A stretch of 64,000 nt of DNA from assembly GCA_958009085.1 (NCBI GenBank), contig OY253668.1, positions 930,001-994,000 on the forward strand, given 5' to 3'. The DNA comes from Protoeuglena noctilucae (Eukaryota). Both the position numbers and the translations under genes were made by a program. The notes under the pieces are model-generated. The model ran no database searches. It was given only the letters and a program-made list of their open reading frames with translations, and was not told the DNA's origin. This document shows, in pieces, positions 23,701-34,527 of this stretch (positions are counted from its first letter, which is position 1; every line of letters begins with the position of its first letter).

Positions 23701-26700
23701 AGCCAGTCCACGACCGACTTGTGGAAGGGCGCCACGAGGCCCCACGCGTCGACGGGAAAGAGCGACCCGAGGCCGTCGACGGCCGCCTCCACGTCCGCCG
23801 CCGCCGCGCCGGGCCCGGCCAGGTGATGCAGGTCGGCGACGCGCAGGGGCTCGCGGGCCACGGCGATGGCGGGGAGGAGGCGGTCGCGCACGATGGACTG
23901 GGCGGCCGGGGACAGGGCCCCGGACGCGAACTGTCGATTGAGGTACTCCGCGTAGAGGTGGCGGTGGCCCTCCGGGAGGTCCCCCAGGGTCAGGTGGCTC
24001 ATGCCGCCCGCGTCCCGCTGCACCATGCGCACCACGGCAGCCACGTACGCGAAGACGCCCTCCGACCGCTTCTGGATGAGGTCCGTGATGGCCAGCACCT
24101 TGTCCTCGCCCAGGTCCGCGCGCAGGCTCCCCCGGATGAAGGCGCGGATGTCAGCGATGTTCCGCAGCTCGTTCGGGCGCAGCATGAAGGGCCGATAGCC
24201 CTCTAGGCGTTTGACGATGTAGTTCTCAGGGCGGCTCGTGACCTGGGTGCACGGGCACACGGGCGAGCGTCCCGGCCAAGATCGCCCGTCGTTGCGAGCC
24301 CGCGTCTCTGCGGCGTGCCCGGCGGCCTCTCACCAGCATGCGGACCCAGCTCGGCAGGTTCTGCAGCTCCCCCTGCAGCAGCGACAGGAGCTCGTTGTTC
24401 CGGTCGTGGGTCCCCGCCTCGTCCACCGCGTCAATCACGATGACCTGGTCGTCCTGGTCACCAAGGGCCACCAGCGGCTCCACGAGCAGCCTGCGAGAAG
24501 CACAGGCCCTTGGGTAGGTGCGGCCAAGGCGGGGAGGGCTGCGGCTGAGCTGAGACGAGAGTGGACAGACCAGCGACGATTAGTACATGATGCTGTCTCG
24601 TGACCACATGAGCCTCACCTCCTGCACAGTTCCGTGGCCGTCCCCTCGAGCCCCCCCTCCTCCATCACCCGGACGTAGATGAGCGAAAGCGCCTCGGGGA
24701 TGCGCGACGCCACCTGTACACGGGACCGGACCGGCCATTGGCCTTGATAGATAAGGCAGCCGCAGCGCACTCGCCACTCCTGCCGCGCCGCCGCTCGCCT
24801 GATACACGATTGACTGGATGATGCTGCGCGCGTCCGAGCGGGCCTCGTCCCCAGCCCGACAGAAGTGGCCAGCCAGGAGGAGCTCCTCGTCCTCGAGGAC
24901 CTCTGTCATGTGCGCGGCAAACTGCAAGAATCACGGGGGACCATGATGTGGTATGTGCCACGCCAGCCCCGTCGCATCTCGTGTCGCCCCACCGCGCGCC
25001 GCCACTCACGGCCGTCTTGCCCATGCCAGGAAGAGAGAGGAGGAGGAACATGCGGCTGTTCCACTCCTCCGCCACCTCCCCATTCGCCCACGCCAGCACG
25101 TCGTCCCTCAGCCACTCCCGTGTGCCCTGCATGAACCCCGCTGACCGGACGGACGCGTCCTCCGTGATGGCGATCGGGCGCAGGGCGGCGCTCAGGCGGG
25201 CCAGCATCACGGCCGGGGGAACCGGGGCGGCGTCGGCGGACACCTCCACGGGCGCCCTCCCCGAGGTGACGGGGACCACCCTGCGCTCCGAGATGACCGG
25301 CACTGCCTGGCGCGTCTTGGGCGCTGACGGTGGCGCCGGCGCGCGGGGTGGGAGCTCCCCTGCGGCGTCACCCTTGTTCTCCGCAATGCCACGCCTGACG
25401 CCCTTGCGCCCGCCCTCCCCATCGGAGGTCGGCCCCTCTGCTTGCCCCTGCCGCGCCGCCGCAGAGGCGCCATCCATGACCGTGGTTGCCTGGGCCGCCG
25501 CAACGAAGTTGACGGACGACACGGGCGCCGCGAGGCTGCGGCTGCTGGCCCGCTCGGTGGGCATGCGGCGCATGTTCTTCCCCCCACCCATCTGGGCCGC
25601 CGTGTTCTGAGCCGCCAGGGCGACCATGTGCACGAACTGGATGCACTCGCGCAGCCCGACCTCGTCATCCGGCTTCAGCGCCCTTTGCGCCAACCTGCCC
25701 AGCGCCCGCAGACTGTCCGCCTTCACTATTCCATCCGGCGCCAGGCGCACCCGCATGTAGTCCTCGAAAAACTTGCGTATCTCCGGGTCCCTCAGCGTAC
25801 CACTGCTCCAGGCCCTCCAGGCACTCGAGCCCTCCCACCCCGGCCGCCGGCAACAGGAACATCATGAAGAGCTCCCACGACACACTGTCGTCGCCCAGCC
25901 CCATGCCCCTCTCCCCCTTCCACAGCTCCCGCAGGGGACCCGGCAGCGCCTCCACTGTGGGGTGGCTCTGCATGACGTCCCGCAGGCGCATCTCCATCGT
26001 CCCCATCGCGCCCAGAAGGAGCTGCTCCCCCGGGCTCAGGTCCTGAAACACCACCGCCAGGAGGTCCTTGTCCCCAGCCACGCGCTGGGCGTCCTCCAGC
26101 GTCAGCGCGGCGCCGTCCTTGACTCCCGCCGCCGCCACCAGGCTCTCGTGCGCCTGCCTCGCGGAGAAGAACTGGCCCGTCTCGAGCAGGGTCCGCAGCT
26201 CCCGCATGTCCTGCGCCACGCTCACGCCCACGTCCGCCGTCAACAGGCTCAACGCCTCCATGATCTTGGCGGCGATCTCTTGCAGGCCCGCCTTGTCCGG
26301 AGACGCTTTCAGGAACCGACCCACCCACGAGCGGTTCCGCACCTCCTGGACCAGACTCTCGCCCTCCTTCACCCACTCTGCGGGCCGGGGACGAGAGGAG
26401 CAGCTCTGCAAGTGCATGTCCGGCTGCTTGCAGGCGCAGCGCGGCCCCCACGCGCACCGAGCAAGTTCTTGAGCGTCTCCAGGTGGGAGCCGAGCGCGTT
26501 GTGGGCCCGGATGACGACGCCCATGGCCCGCTTGCACAGACTGGCGAAGTCGTGGCACACGGCCCGGACGTCCGCGGCCTGCAGTCAGCTCAGAGCGAGG
26601 CATGGGTGCATTGTGAAGAGTCTAGCTCTAGCTACCTCGCTACCTCGTCTATCGTATGGCCGAACGAAGGCGGGCCTGGGCGCCCGTGGGGGCATCGGCG

Positions 26701-27809
26701 CGGCTCACTTCTGCCACCGCAGCAAGGATCTTGGAGGTGAGCTTGGCGAGGGGCGCCACGAACGGACAGCTCTCCAGAACGCTCAGCACCTCGGTCGTGA
26801 CCCTGGAAAACAGGTCCACCACCTCCCCCACCAGCTCGTTGTTCTGCGAATAGGCGACCGCTGCCCCGGTGTCTGGGCGACGTGGCAGCGCGCAGCGATG
26901 ATGGCCCCGGGAGCTGATGCGCTGTGGCGTCCAGGGCAGTCCCTGTCTCCAAGCACCAGCGCCAGGGTGCATGCGACCCACCTTGACGAGCTCCCCAAGC
27001 GGTTCGAGGGGAGACAAGAATTCTTCTACCTTGGCCAGCTGCTCGTTCAGCTCGTCCGCCTTGCCGTACAGCTCCGCGGCCTTGTTGACGGCCTGGGACA
27101 CGGCGCGCACAGACTTGGCGTTCCGCTTGTCCACTTGCGTCTTGTCAGGAGGACGCTCCGTGCCTTCCCCGGCGCCCCCTTCCGTGAACTTCACCCCCTT
27201 GGCGACCTTCCTTGGAGAAAAAGACCGGAGCTTGTCCTGCAGGTCCATGGCGTTGATGTCCGACACCCCGTGCTTGGCCAGGACCTCCACCAGGTCCCCG
27301 CGGTTCAGGAAACCTCTGCGAGCAGGCTTGCAGGGCAGGCAGGCTTGGGTGCGCACACCCACCCGGGCAAGCCCGGCAGACATGCCTCGCCGCTCCTCCC
27401 TCCCATGCAGGTGGCATGAGTGGCTGGACCCCGGCGCGGGGTGGGCGGGTGCCCGTTCGTCACACAAACGGAACGTGACGCAGGAGCCCCCAACGCAACG
27501 CCCTCACCCAAGCGAGGCATGAGTGAACTGCTTCTGTCTGGCGATGTTCTCCAGGCTCCCCAGGTGGACATCGTGCAGCCACTGAACGAAGTCTTCTACG
27601 CTTGCTCGCCTGCAGGCCAGGACAGAGCAGAATGGAGCTACGATTGAGGACACCGTTTGGAATTTATCAAAGCTTGAGATACCCCATAACAAGCAGTCGG
27701 CTATAGCCAACACACGCCGGCAACGAGCTCTTCCGTCCCCCAGCATGCCCGGCGCTCACCCGGGCTCCACCACGGCCCCTTCGGCACTCTTGCTGTTGGA
27801 GCATCCCAT
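20745..27809 (-). pseudogene. NLR-like STAND gene (MGCxxSK - SAM-like - MLKL/RPW8-like four-helix bundle - NACHT - about 14-15 WD40), interrupted in this sequence
   Basis: NACHT motifs: GTREWL, Walker A SLPGMGKTA, HFC, Walker B VIVIDAVDEA, VTSRP, SEGVFAY and FHKSVVDWL. These are followed by GH...WD repeats. There is an in-frame TAG at 23688-23690 and a frame change near 25795. Domain identity is confident; pseudogene status is not. Confidence 0.75.
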
Positions 27810-28231
27810 GGTGATGGAACAACGCAACTCAGTCCAACGGGGTAATACGCAATTGCGCCGCAGCGGTGCCGCACCGCACGGCACCGAGCATCTGTGCCCG
27901 CTTAAGGCCCAGCGACCCGGAAAAGCCGGACGCCGAGGCCAGCGTGCAGCAGTTTAGACAATCCGTGTGCTGCGGACAACGGCGTTCTGCAAGGGCCAAT
28001 GACGGGGAAGCCCTCGCATGCCCAAAACAGATGTCCCTGGCGCCGCATGCAAGTGCCAAAAACGTCCCAGGCAATGATCGGATCCCCGTATCCAAAGCGG
28101 CGCCCCTGATATCCTGGCGCAGTCTACCGCACCCATCCTCACCGCACCCATCCTCACCTCCTCGAATCCTCAGAGGCACTCCTTTTTATTGCACACACTG
28201 AGCGGTGGCCGCTCGAAGTCGGTGGCCCAAC

Positions 28232-29418
28232 ATGTCCTCCTTATATGCCATGCCCGTCCTGTTCCTCAGCCTGGGCGCTGAGCTGCTGTTTATTGTTCAG
28301 CAGAGCCTCGTTCAACAGGTGCGAGACGCGGCAGGCCCGCTGGCTGGGCAGTGCTGGAGCGTGGCGGGCCTGGGCGCTGATTCATCTTCGTTCTTCCAAG
28401 TTCGTTCTCCTAAGTTCGTTCTCCCAAGCTCGTTCTCCCTGCAGAACGTCCCAACAGCCAAGAAGTCGACGGTTTTGGACGGCATGATTTGCACAATGTT
28501 CGACGAGTCCTTCATCGCGGAGATATTCGAGCCGCAGCGCACCTTTTCGCAGACGAGCATGATGGGCCTGTTCAACCGCATCGCTCACTCGTCCACGATG
28601 CGCCTCAACTCCGGCAGCAAAGGCGCCATCCATGACCGCATGAACATCGCCCTCAAGCACATGGTGAGCGCCTGGCTCGTGAGTGTGGTTCGCTGGGCCG
28701 TGGATAATGGCCATAGAATGCGTGCTGCGCGCCGTCACACGCAGGCGATCCTCGTGGAGAGTCCAGCCAACCTGGCCAACTGCGTGCTGCTGCTGTTGGA
28801 GCAGCTCTCCGGCATTTGCTCCAGCCCCCGGACCCGCGAACTGCTTGCGAGTATCCGCTACCGCTTTCTGGAGTTCGCCGCCAGCATGACCCCGATGGAT
28901 TGGGTGTCGATACGGCAGACTATTCTGCGCTTCACGCACCAGCCGGCCGGGCCCAGGAAGATCGACCAGTTGTTTTGCGCGGTGAGGCCAGGAGGGGCCC
29001 CATGTCGTGCTTGGCCCCAGTCCCGAGGGGGCTGCTGGAGCACCGATTCATTGATAGGAGCCTCTGACCTGTCCTCCGCAGGAGGGCATCCAGGCGGACG
29101 ATGGCACCTTCTTCCTCAAACGGCCCGTGCCAGCACATGGCGTGCCCGTCGGCACCTGGAAAGTGTTCGACGTTCGGGCTGGCGTGATCAACGAGGGGCA
29201 TGCTCAGTTGTCCAAAGTGGCGACCAGGTGTGACATGCACGGGAGGTGGCTTTCGAAAGATGTCTCACATACATGTCAATTCTTCTGGCTTCGTACTTCG
29301 CAGGGCGGATTACTGGAGCACGCATCCCGACGAGCTGGGGACGAATTACCGGAGCCCCACGAGGACCAAGTACACAGGGACCACGCCGAAAAGGGTCGAG
29401 CTGGTGCACCGTCTCTAG
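28232..29418 (+). CDS. OSCP1: Organic solute carrier partner 1 (OSCP1) family protein
   Basis: AMPVLFLSLGAELLFIVQQSL..|NVPTAKKSTVLDGMICTMF..EIFEPQ..LFNRIAHSSTMRLN is colinear with the OSCP1 N-terminus, and LGTN occurs near the end. Five exons with GT-AG introns. Confidence 0.85.
28387..28442 (+). repeat. 14-bp minisatellite (ttcgttctcccaag-like) x4 in OSCP1 intron 1
   Basis: Units ttcgttcttccaag, ttcgttctcctaag, ttcgttctcccaag and ctcgttctccctgc lie immediately before the acceptor AG. Confidence 0.85.
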
Positions 29419-29808
29419 CGCGTCCCCGCATCCCAGTACCTCCCGTGGCATTTCTATCGCCTTCTTAGGCATCGCAAGACTAAGAAGGCGCACTAACGAT
29501 GCCTGGCTGTCTTAACAAAGCCTATCTGACGCGCCCTGCCTGTCTCAGGCGTCACAGCGCAGCGAATTCCGGTGTCCTGCGCGGTGCTCATGCATCACTC
29601 TGCCTATGGAGCAAATCGCCGTGTTTTGTTTCCGTAGTTCGCTGCGCGCTGCAGCGTTCAAGTCAGCATAGCACCCACACGCATGTGGAGCGACAATTGC
29701 AGCTGGGCCGCGTGATAGCCCCTAATTGGTCCTCGCGTGAAAGTGCCGCCAGCCATCGCTGCTGGTCCAGATGCTCTTGCGGATGCGGGGACAGCTGGAT
29801 TGACGAAG

Positions 29809-32800
29809 ATGGACGCCTTGGAGATCCCATGGCGAGAGCTCGAGTTCGGGGGGGACATCGGGGGCGGCGTGTTTGGGGACGTGGTGAGTTGAACGCTGTG
29901 CGAGGTGGACGGCGCACGGCACCGGGCGTTGCGTCCCAAGAGGCTCACGTGCCCGCGGCGCGCATCCGCAGGTCTCAGCGCAATGGCGCGGGGCTGGGGT
30001 AGCTGTCAAGGTCCTGGGCGTGGACACATCGGGCGTCTCCAAGGCCAACCTGCAGCGCGGCATTCGCCTGCTGGCAGAGCTTGTCCGGGCCTCGCAGCGG
30101 TGCCCGCATGCTTGCCGTGTGCACGGAATCTCGCGTCAAGGAACGCGAGTCGCCCTCGTCTCTGAGCGCATGCCCTCTTCCCTCCTAAGGGAGTTGGCGA
30201 GGACCGGCACGCTCCCACTTCCCGCGGCCCTCAGGTGATGCAGGCTCCGCACCCGCGAAGGAGGTCGCTAGCTCGCTTCCTTCCTGTCCATCGTATGATC
30301 AGGTGGGGCAGCATGCCTCGTCGGGAGAAAGGGTGGCGCGTGCGAAAAAGAGGTGCGTAATCAGCCGACATCAGTGGGCACAGTGGCCGGACCCGCCGCC
30401 GGATACCCCCGCAGAGTTATGCGGGACATTCTATGTGGGGTTCAAGAGCTGCACGCGGCCGGAGTAGTCCATTTGGACGTCAAGCCTGCCAACGTGCTGC
30501 TGGACAGCGCCGGCGGGGCGCGTCTCAGCGATGCCGGCCTCGCCGCGTGCCTGGGGGGCGCCATGGGTGCCACGACGCGCGCTTCAGCCATCGCCACGCT
30601 TGAGTACTGTCCCCCGGAGCAGATGGACGCGGGGGCGGCGGAGTGCGGGCCCCCCGCCGACGTCTGGGCCGCCGCCGCCACGCTCTGCCATGCCCTCGCG
30701 GGCGAGCGGCCATTCGCAGGGATGCGCCCGCAGCAGATCGCCGCTGCCGTCCTCCTGCAGGGGAGGCACCCGGACGTCCCCGAGAACCTCCCACAGCCCC
30801 TCAGGTCCGCGGCCTCTGCCCAGTACCCTTGGCGCGCCCGGCATTGCATGCCCCGACTACGCGCGCACCTAGCTGCGCTCTCCTGCGACCGCCTGCTGAC
30901 CCACCCGTCCACGACTGCCACCCTCAGATCCCTCGTCCTCCACTCCTTCGCCCCCTCGCCCTCGAGCCGCCCCACGCCTGCCGAGCTCATCGCAGCCATC
31001 GACGAAGTGCTGGCCTCGCCCGCGCCCCGGGTCCCCCCACCCGCGACCGCACCCGCCGGCCTACCCGTGGGAGCGCCCGTCACAGCGCCCATCAAGATCA
31101 ACACGGTGGTGCCCAGCCCTGTGCCCGTGGCCGCCCTCACGTCGGCGCTGTCCGCCACCGCCCTCAGCCCCGGCTCGCCCCACGCTGCCACGTCCCCCCG
31201 GGCCGCCTTCTCGGCGGGCGCCGGGCAGAGTTCGATCTCTGCGTCCACGCTGGACGACCTGGGGGCGGCGGTGGCTGTGCTGGCTGGCGGGGGGGACGCA
31301 ATGGAGGCGCTGCGGCTGGCGTGTCGCGAGTACCGAGCGAGGGCGCAGGGCCGGGGTCGGGGGCACCCTACGTGCAGGCGAGGGCCGGACGGGCGACGGG
31401 CTGGGCGTGAAACCGCGCCGTTTCACGAGCTTGCGCTGTTTGGGAGAACACTGCACGCTCGTGACCTTCGCGCAGGCCTGCTGCGCTGGTGGCGGCGGCG
31501 GCGGCGACGCGGCTCGCGGGCCGGGAGGACGCCCTGGCGGAGGTGCGCGGTTCGATGCTGCCGCTGTGGGTGTACGGCCCCATCTCGCCCTGCAGCATCA
31601 TCCAGGGCCACTGGAACACCGTGAACGCCGTCGCCTTCTCCCCCGACGGCGCCTCGCTCGTCTCTGCCAGCGACGACAAGACCCTCCGGTGCGGGTCTGG
31701 GCTGAGGGGGCTCTGGGTGGCCGCGGCTACGGCGCATGACTGGACGGCTCGTGACTGCCTTGTCGACGCAGGCTCTGGGACGTGGCGAGTGGCAAGCAGC
31801 GGAGCATTTTGCAGGGGCACCGCAACCCCGTCCACGCCGTGGCGTACAGCGCCGACGGGGCTGCCGTTGTGTCGGGGGACGAGGACGGGGACATCAAGGC
31901 GCGTGCGGCCGCGCGGTGCTCCGCCAGGAACCCCATGCCCGGGGCCTTGCGCAACAGATCGCGTCGTGCGCCGCGCCCACAGGTGTGGGACCCGGTGAGC
32001 GGCGAGTGCCGCACAACGCACCGCAGCCCCGACGGCCCCGTGGCATCGCTGTCGCTGAGCCCGGACGGGGCGCGGCTGGCCACGGCAGGTGGCGTGCTGG
32101 TCGCGCGTGTGTGGGACCTGGCCGGCGGGACCGTGAGCGTCACCCTGGAGGGCCACACCGCCCCCGTCACCTGTGTCGCCTTCTCTCCCGATGGGGCCAC
32201 GGTGGCGACCGGAAGCCGCGACCGCACCGCCGCGCTCTGGTCGGCGTCGGACGGGGCGTGCCGCGCGCGGCTGTCTGGGCACGGCGACGCCCTCCTCTGC
32301 GTGGCATTCGACCGGTCGGGGGCGCTCCTGGCCACCGGGGGCGCGGACGGCACAGCCGTGGTGTGGGACGCCGCCAAGGGCGCTGAGCTCGTGTCGCTGC
32401 GCGGCCACGTCGGGGCCGTCCTCTCGATCGCCTTCTCCCCAGACGGGTCGCTCGTCGGCACGGGCGGGGACGACTACACGGTCCGGTGACACGCTGGCAT
32501 GGCGGGGACCGCGGTTTGTCCCTGTCAAATCTTGTGCCAGTCGACGAGGCTCTTGCATTGATTCCTTGTCCAGCACATCCACCGGAGCCCCCCGCTGCCT
32601 GGCTTTCGCTGTTCCTCGTGCCCCACGGGCCATCACCCCACCACGGCCCCTGCTTCCAGGTTTTGGGAGCTCCCCTCCGGTGCCCAGCGCGCCCTTCTCC
32701 AGGGCCACGGCGACCGCGTCACGGGGGTCGCCTTCAGCCCCGACGGCGCCACGCTGGCGTCGGCGAGCGAGGACGACGCCGTGCGCGTGTGGGGGGTGCC

Positions 32801-34527
32801 GCAGGGGCAAAGGTCGCGCACCACCCTCGTGGGCCACGACAGCTACATCTGGTCGCTCGCGTTCAGCCCTGTCCAGCCCCTGCTCGCGTCGGGGAGCCGC
32901 GACCGGACCGTCCGGTGAGTCATGGTGGATGGGCTTGGCTAGCATGGCGCTGTTGACGGGAAACGTCGACCCTCGCATCTCTCCATTCTCCCCACCGTCT
33001 TCCACGCGCGCCTCCCGATTCCTTCCTCAGTGTCTGGGACATGCGCACCGGGCGGTGCGCGGCCACGCTGAGGGGGCACGAGTTCGCCGTCACCTCGGTG
33101 GCCTTCTCGCCCAACGGCCGCGTCCTGGCCACGGGCAGCTGCGACAAGAGCGTGGCCCTCTGGGACGTGGCCTCGGGGCAGGTCCTGGGGCGCCTGCACG
33201 GGCACAAGGGGTACGTCACGTCTGTGGCATGGAGCGCCGATGGCACGTCCCTGCTGTCGGGGGCGTGGGACAAGACCATACGGTGACGATGACGCAGAGG
33301 GACATTGCTATTCGTTCTGTGGAAGCACTGCAACGGACCCCTTGCTCCCCTCGCCAGGGGCTCGCGTGCACAGATGCCTTGCCTCTGGGCGCCACCGTGC
33401 TTCGACCTCTGCGCCTGCTGCCGCCTTCGCAGTGTGTGGGACGCCGCGGCCTGCACGGAGCGCGTGGTGCTCTACGGCCACCGGGGCTACGTCCTGTCGG
33501 TTGCCTGGTCCGGGGACGGTCGGCGCCTGGCCTCTTGCAGCCGCGACCGCACCGTGAGGTGAGAAGTGGCAGCGTTGTACCACGCTGTTTGGAAGGAATA
33601 GGTGCCCTGGAGACTCTGCACATGCGTGACACCTTTTGCACACGCACCCTTTCACATGACTCGCAGGATCTGGGACGCCGTCACCCACCAGTCCCTGCAC
33701 ATGCTTCAAGGACACCGCAGCTACGTTCTCTCCGTGGCCTTCTCCCCGGACGGCGCCATTCTGGCCTCAGGGAGCGAGGACAAGACCATACGGTGAGCGC
33801 GCGTGGGAAGGCAAAGGTCCATCGAGTCAATGCGCGTGACACATGATCGGGAAGTGTTTGCGATGGTAGCGCCGCCATGGGGCCCCCTTCGTCCGTCCTG
33901 TGGACCTCCCTCACCCCAGCTCAGCTGCCCCGTCCCCCCGCGCTCCCCAGGCTGTGGGATGCGGCCAAGGGCGCGCCCCTGGCGACGCTGTCCGGGCATA
34001 AGAGCTTCGTGACCGGGGTGTGCTTCTCGCCCGACGGCGCCACCATCGCCAGCGCCAGTGAGGACGACACGGTGCGGCTGTGGGACGCGGCCACGGGGAG
34101 GGAGCTGGCGCAGTTGCGGGGGCACGGCGACTCCGTCACGTGCGTGGCGTTCGCGCCCGACGGGGCCGCGGTGGCCAGCGGGAGCGAGGACGACGCCGTG
34201 CGCGTGTGGGCTGTGGCGGGGGCGCGGGGGGCCGCGGCGCCCGTGGACCACGACAGCGACGCGTCCGCCCTCGCCCTGGGGTCATCCGGGACGCTCCTGG
34301 TGCGGCGGGGGGGTTCGTGGGCCCGCAGCGACCTGGCCACGGGTGCGGAGCAGGCCTGGGCCGGGCAGCCCGACGCCGGCAGCCTGCGCCACGTGCCCCT
34401 GCCCCGGCCCTACCTCTTCGGTGGTGTCCCCTGCGACGCCGAGTGCCTCTGCGTGTTCGGCCCTGGCATCGTCGTCGACACGGACCCCCCTGAGCGAGTG
34501 GCCCTGGAAGCACCGGCGTCCGCGTGA
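29809..34527 (+). CDS. Protein kinase (TKL/KEG-like, non-RD) fused to 14 WD40 repeats
   Basis: Exon 1 is MDALEIPWRELEFGGDIGGGVFGDV. Exon 2 has VAVK. Exon 3 has HLDVKPANVLLD, DAG, TLEYCPPE and DVWA. A Pro/Ala linker leads to 14 countable WD40 repeats of about 42 aa and a short tail. Confidence 0.9.

Noticed and set aside
21111..24206. 1031-aa plus-strand ORF and other long antisense ORFs (25773-27419, 31368-33005, 5062-6924)
   Set aside because: These are shadow ORFs opposite real GC3-rich genes. They have no recognisable motifs and Arg/Pro/Gly/Ala-biased composition.
28126..28158. 15-bp direct repeat in the NLR/OSCP1 spacer, and a 13-bp duplication near 49802
   Set aside because: Two-copy micro-duplications with no associated terminal repeats or transposase; not distinguishable from slippage.
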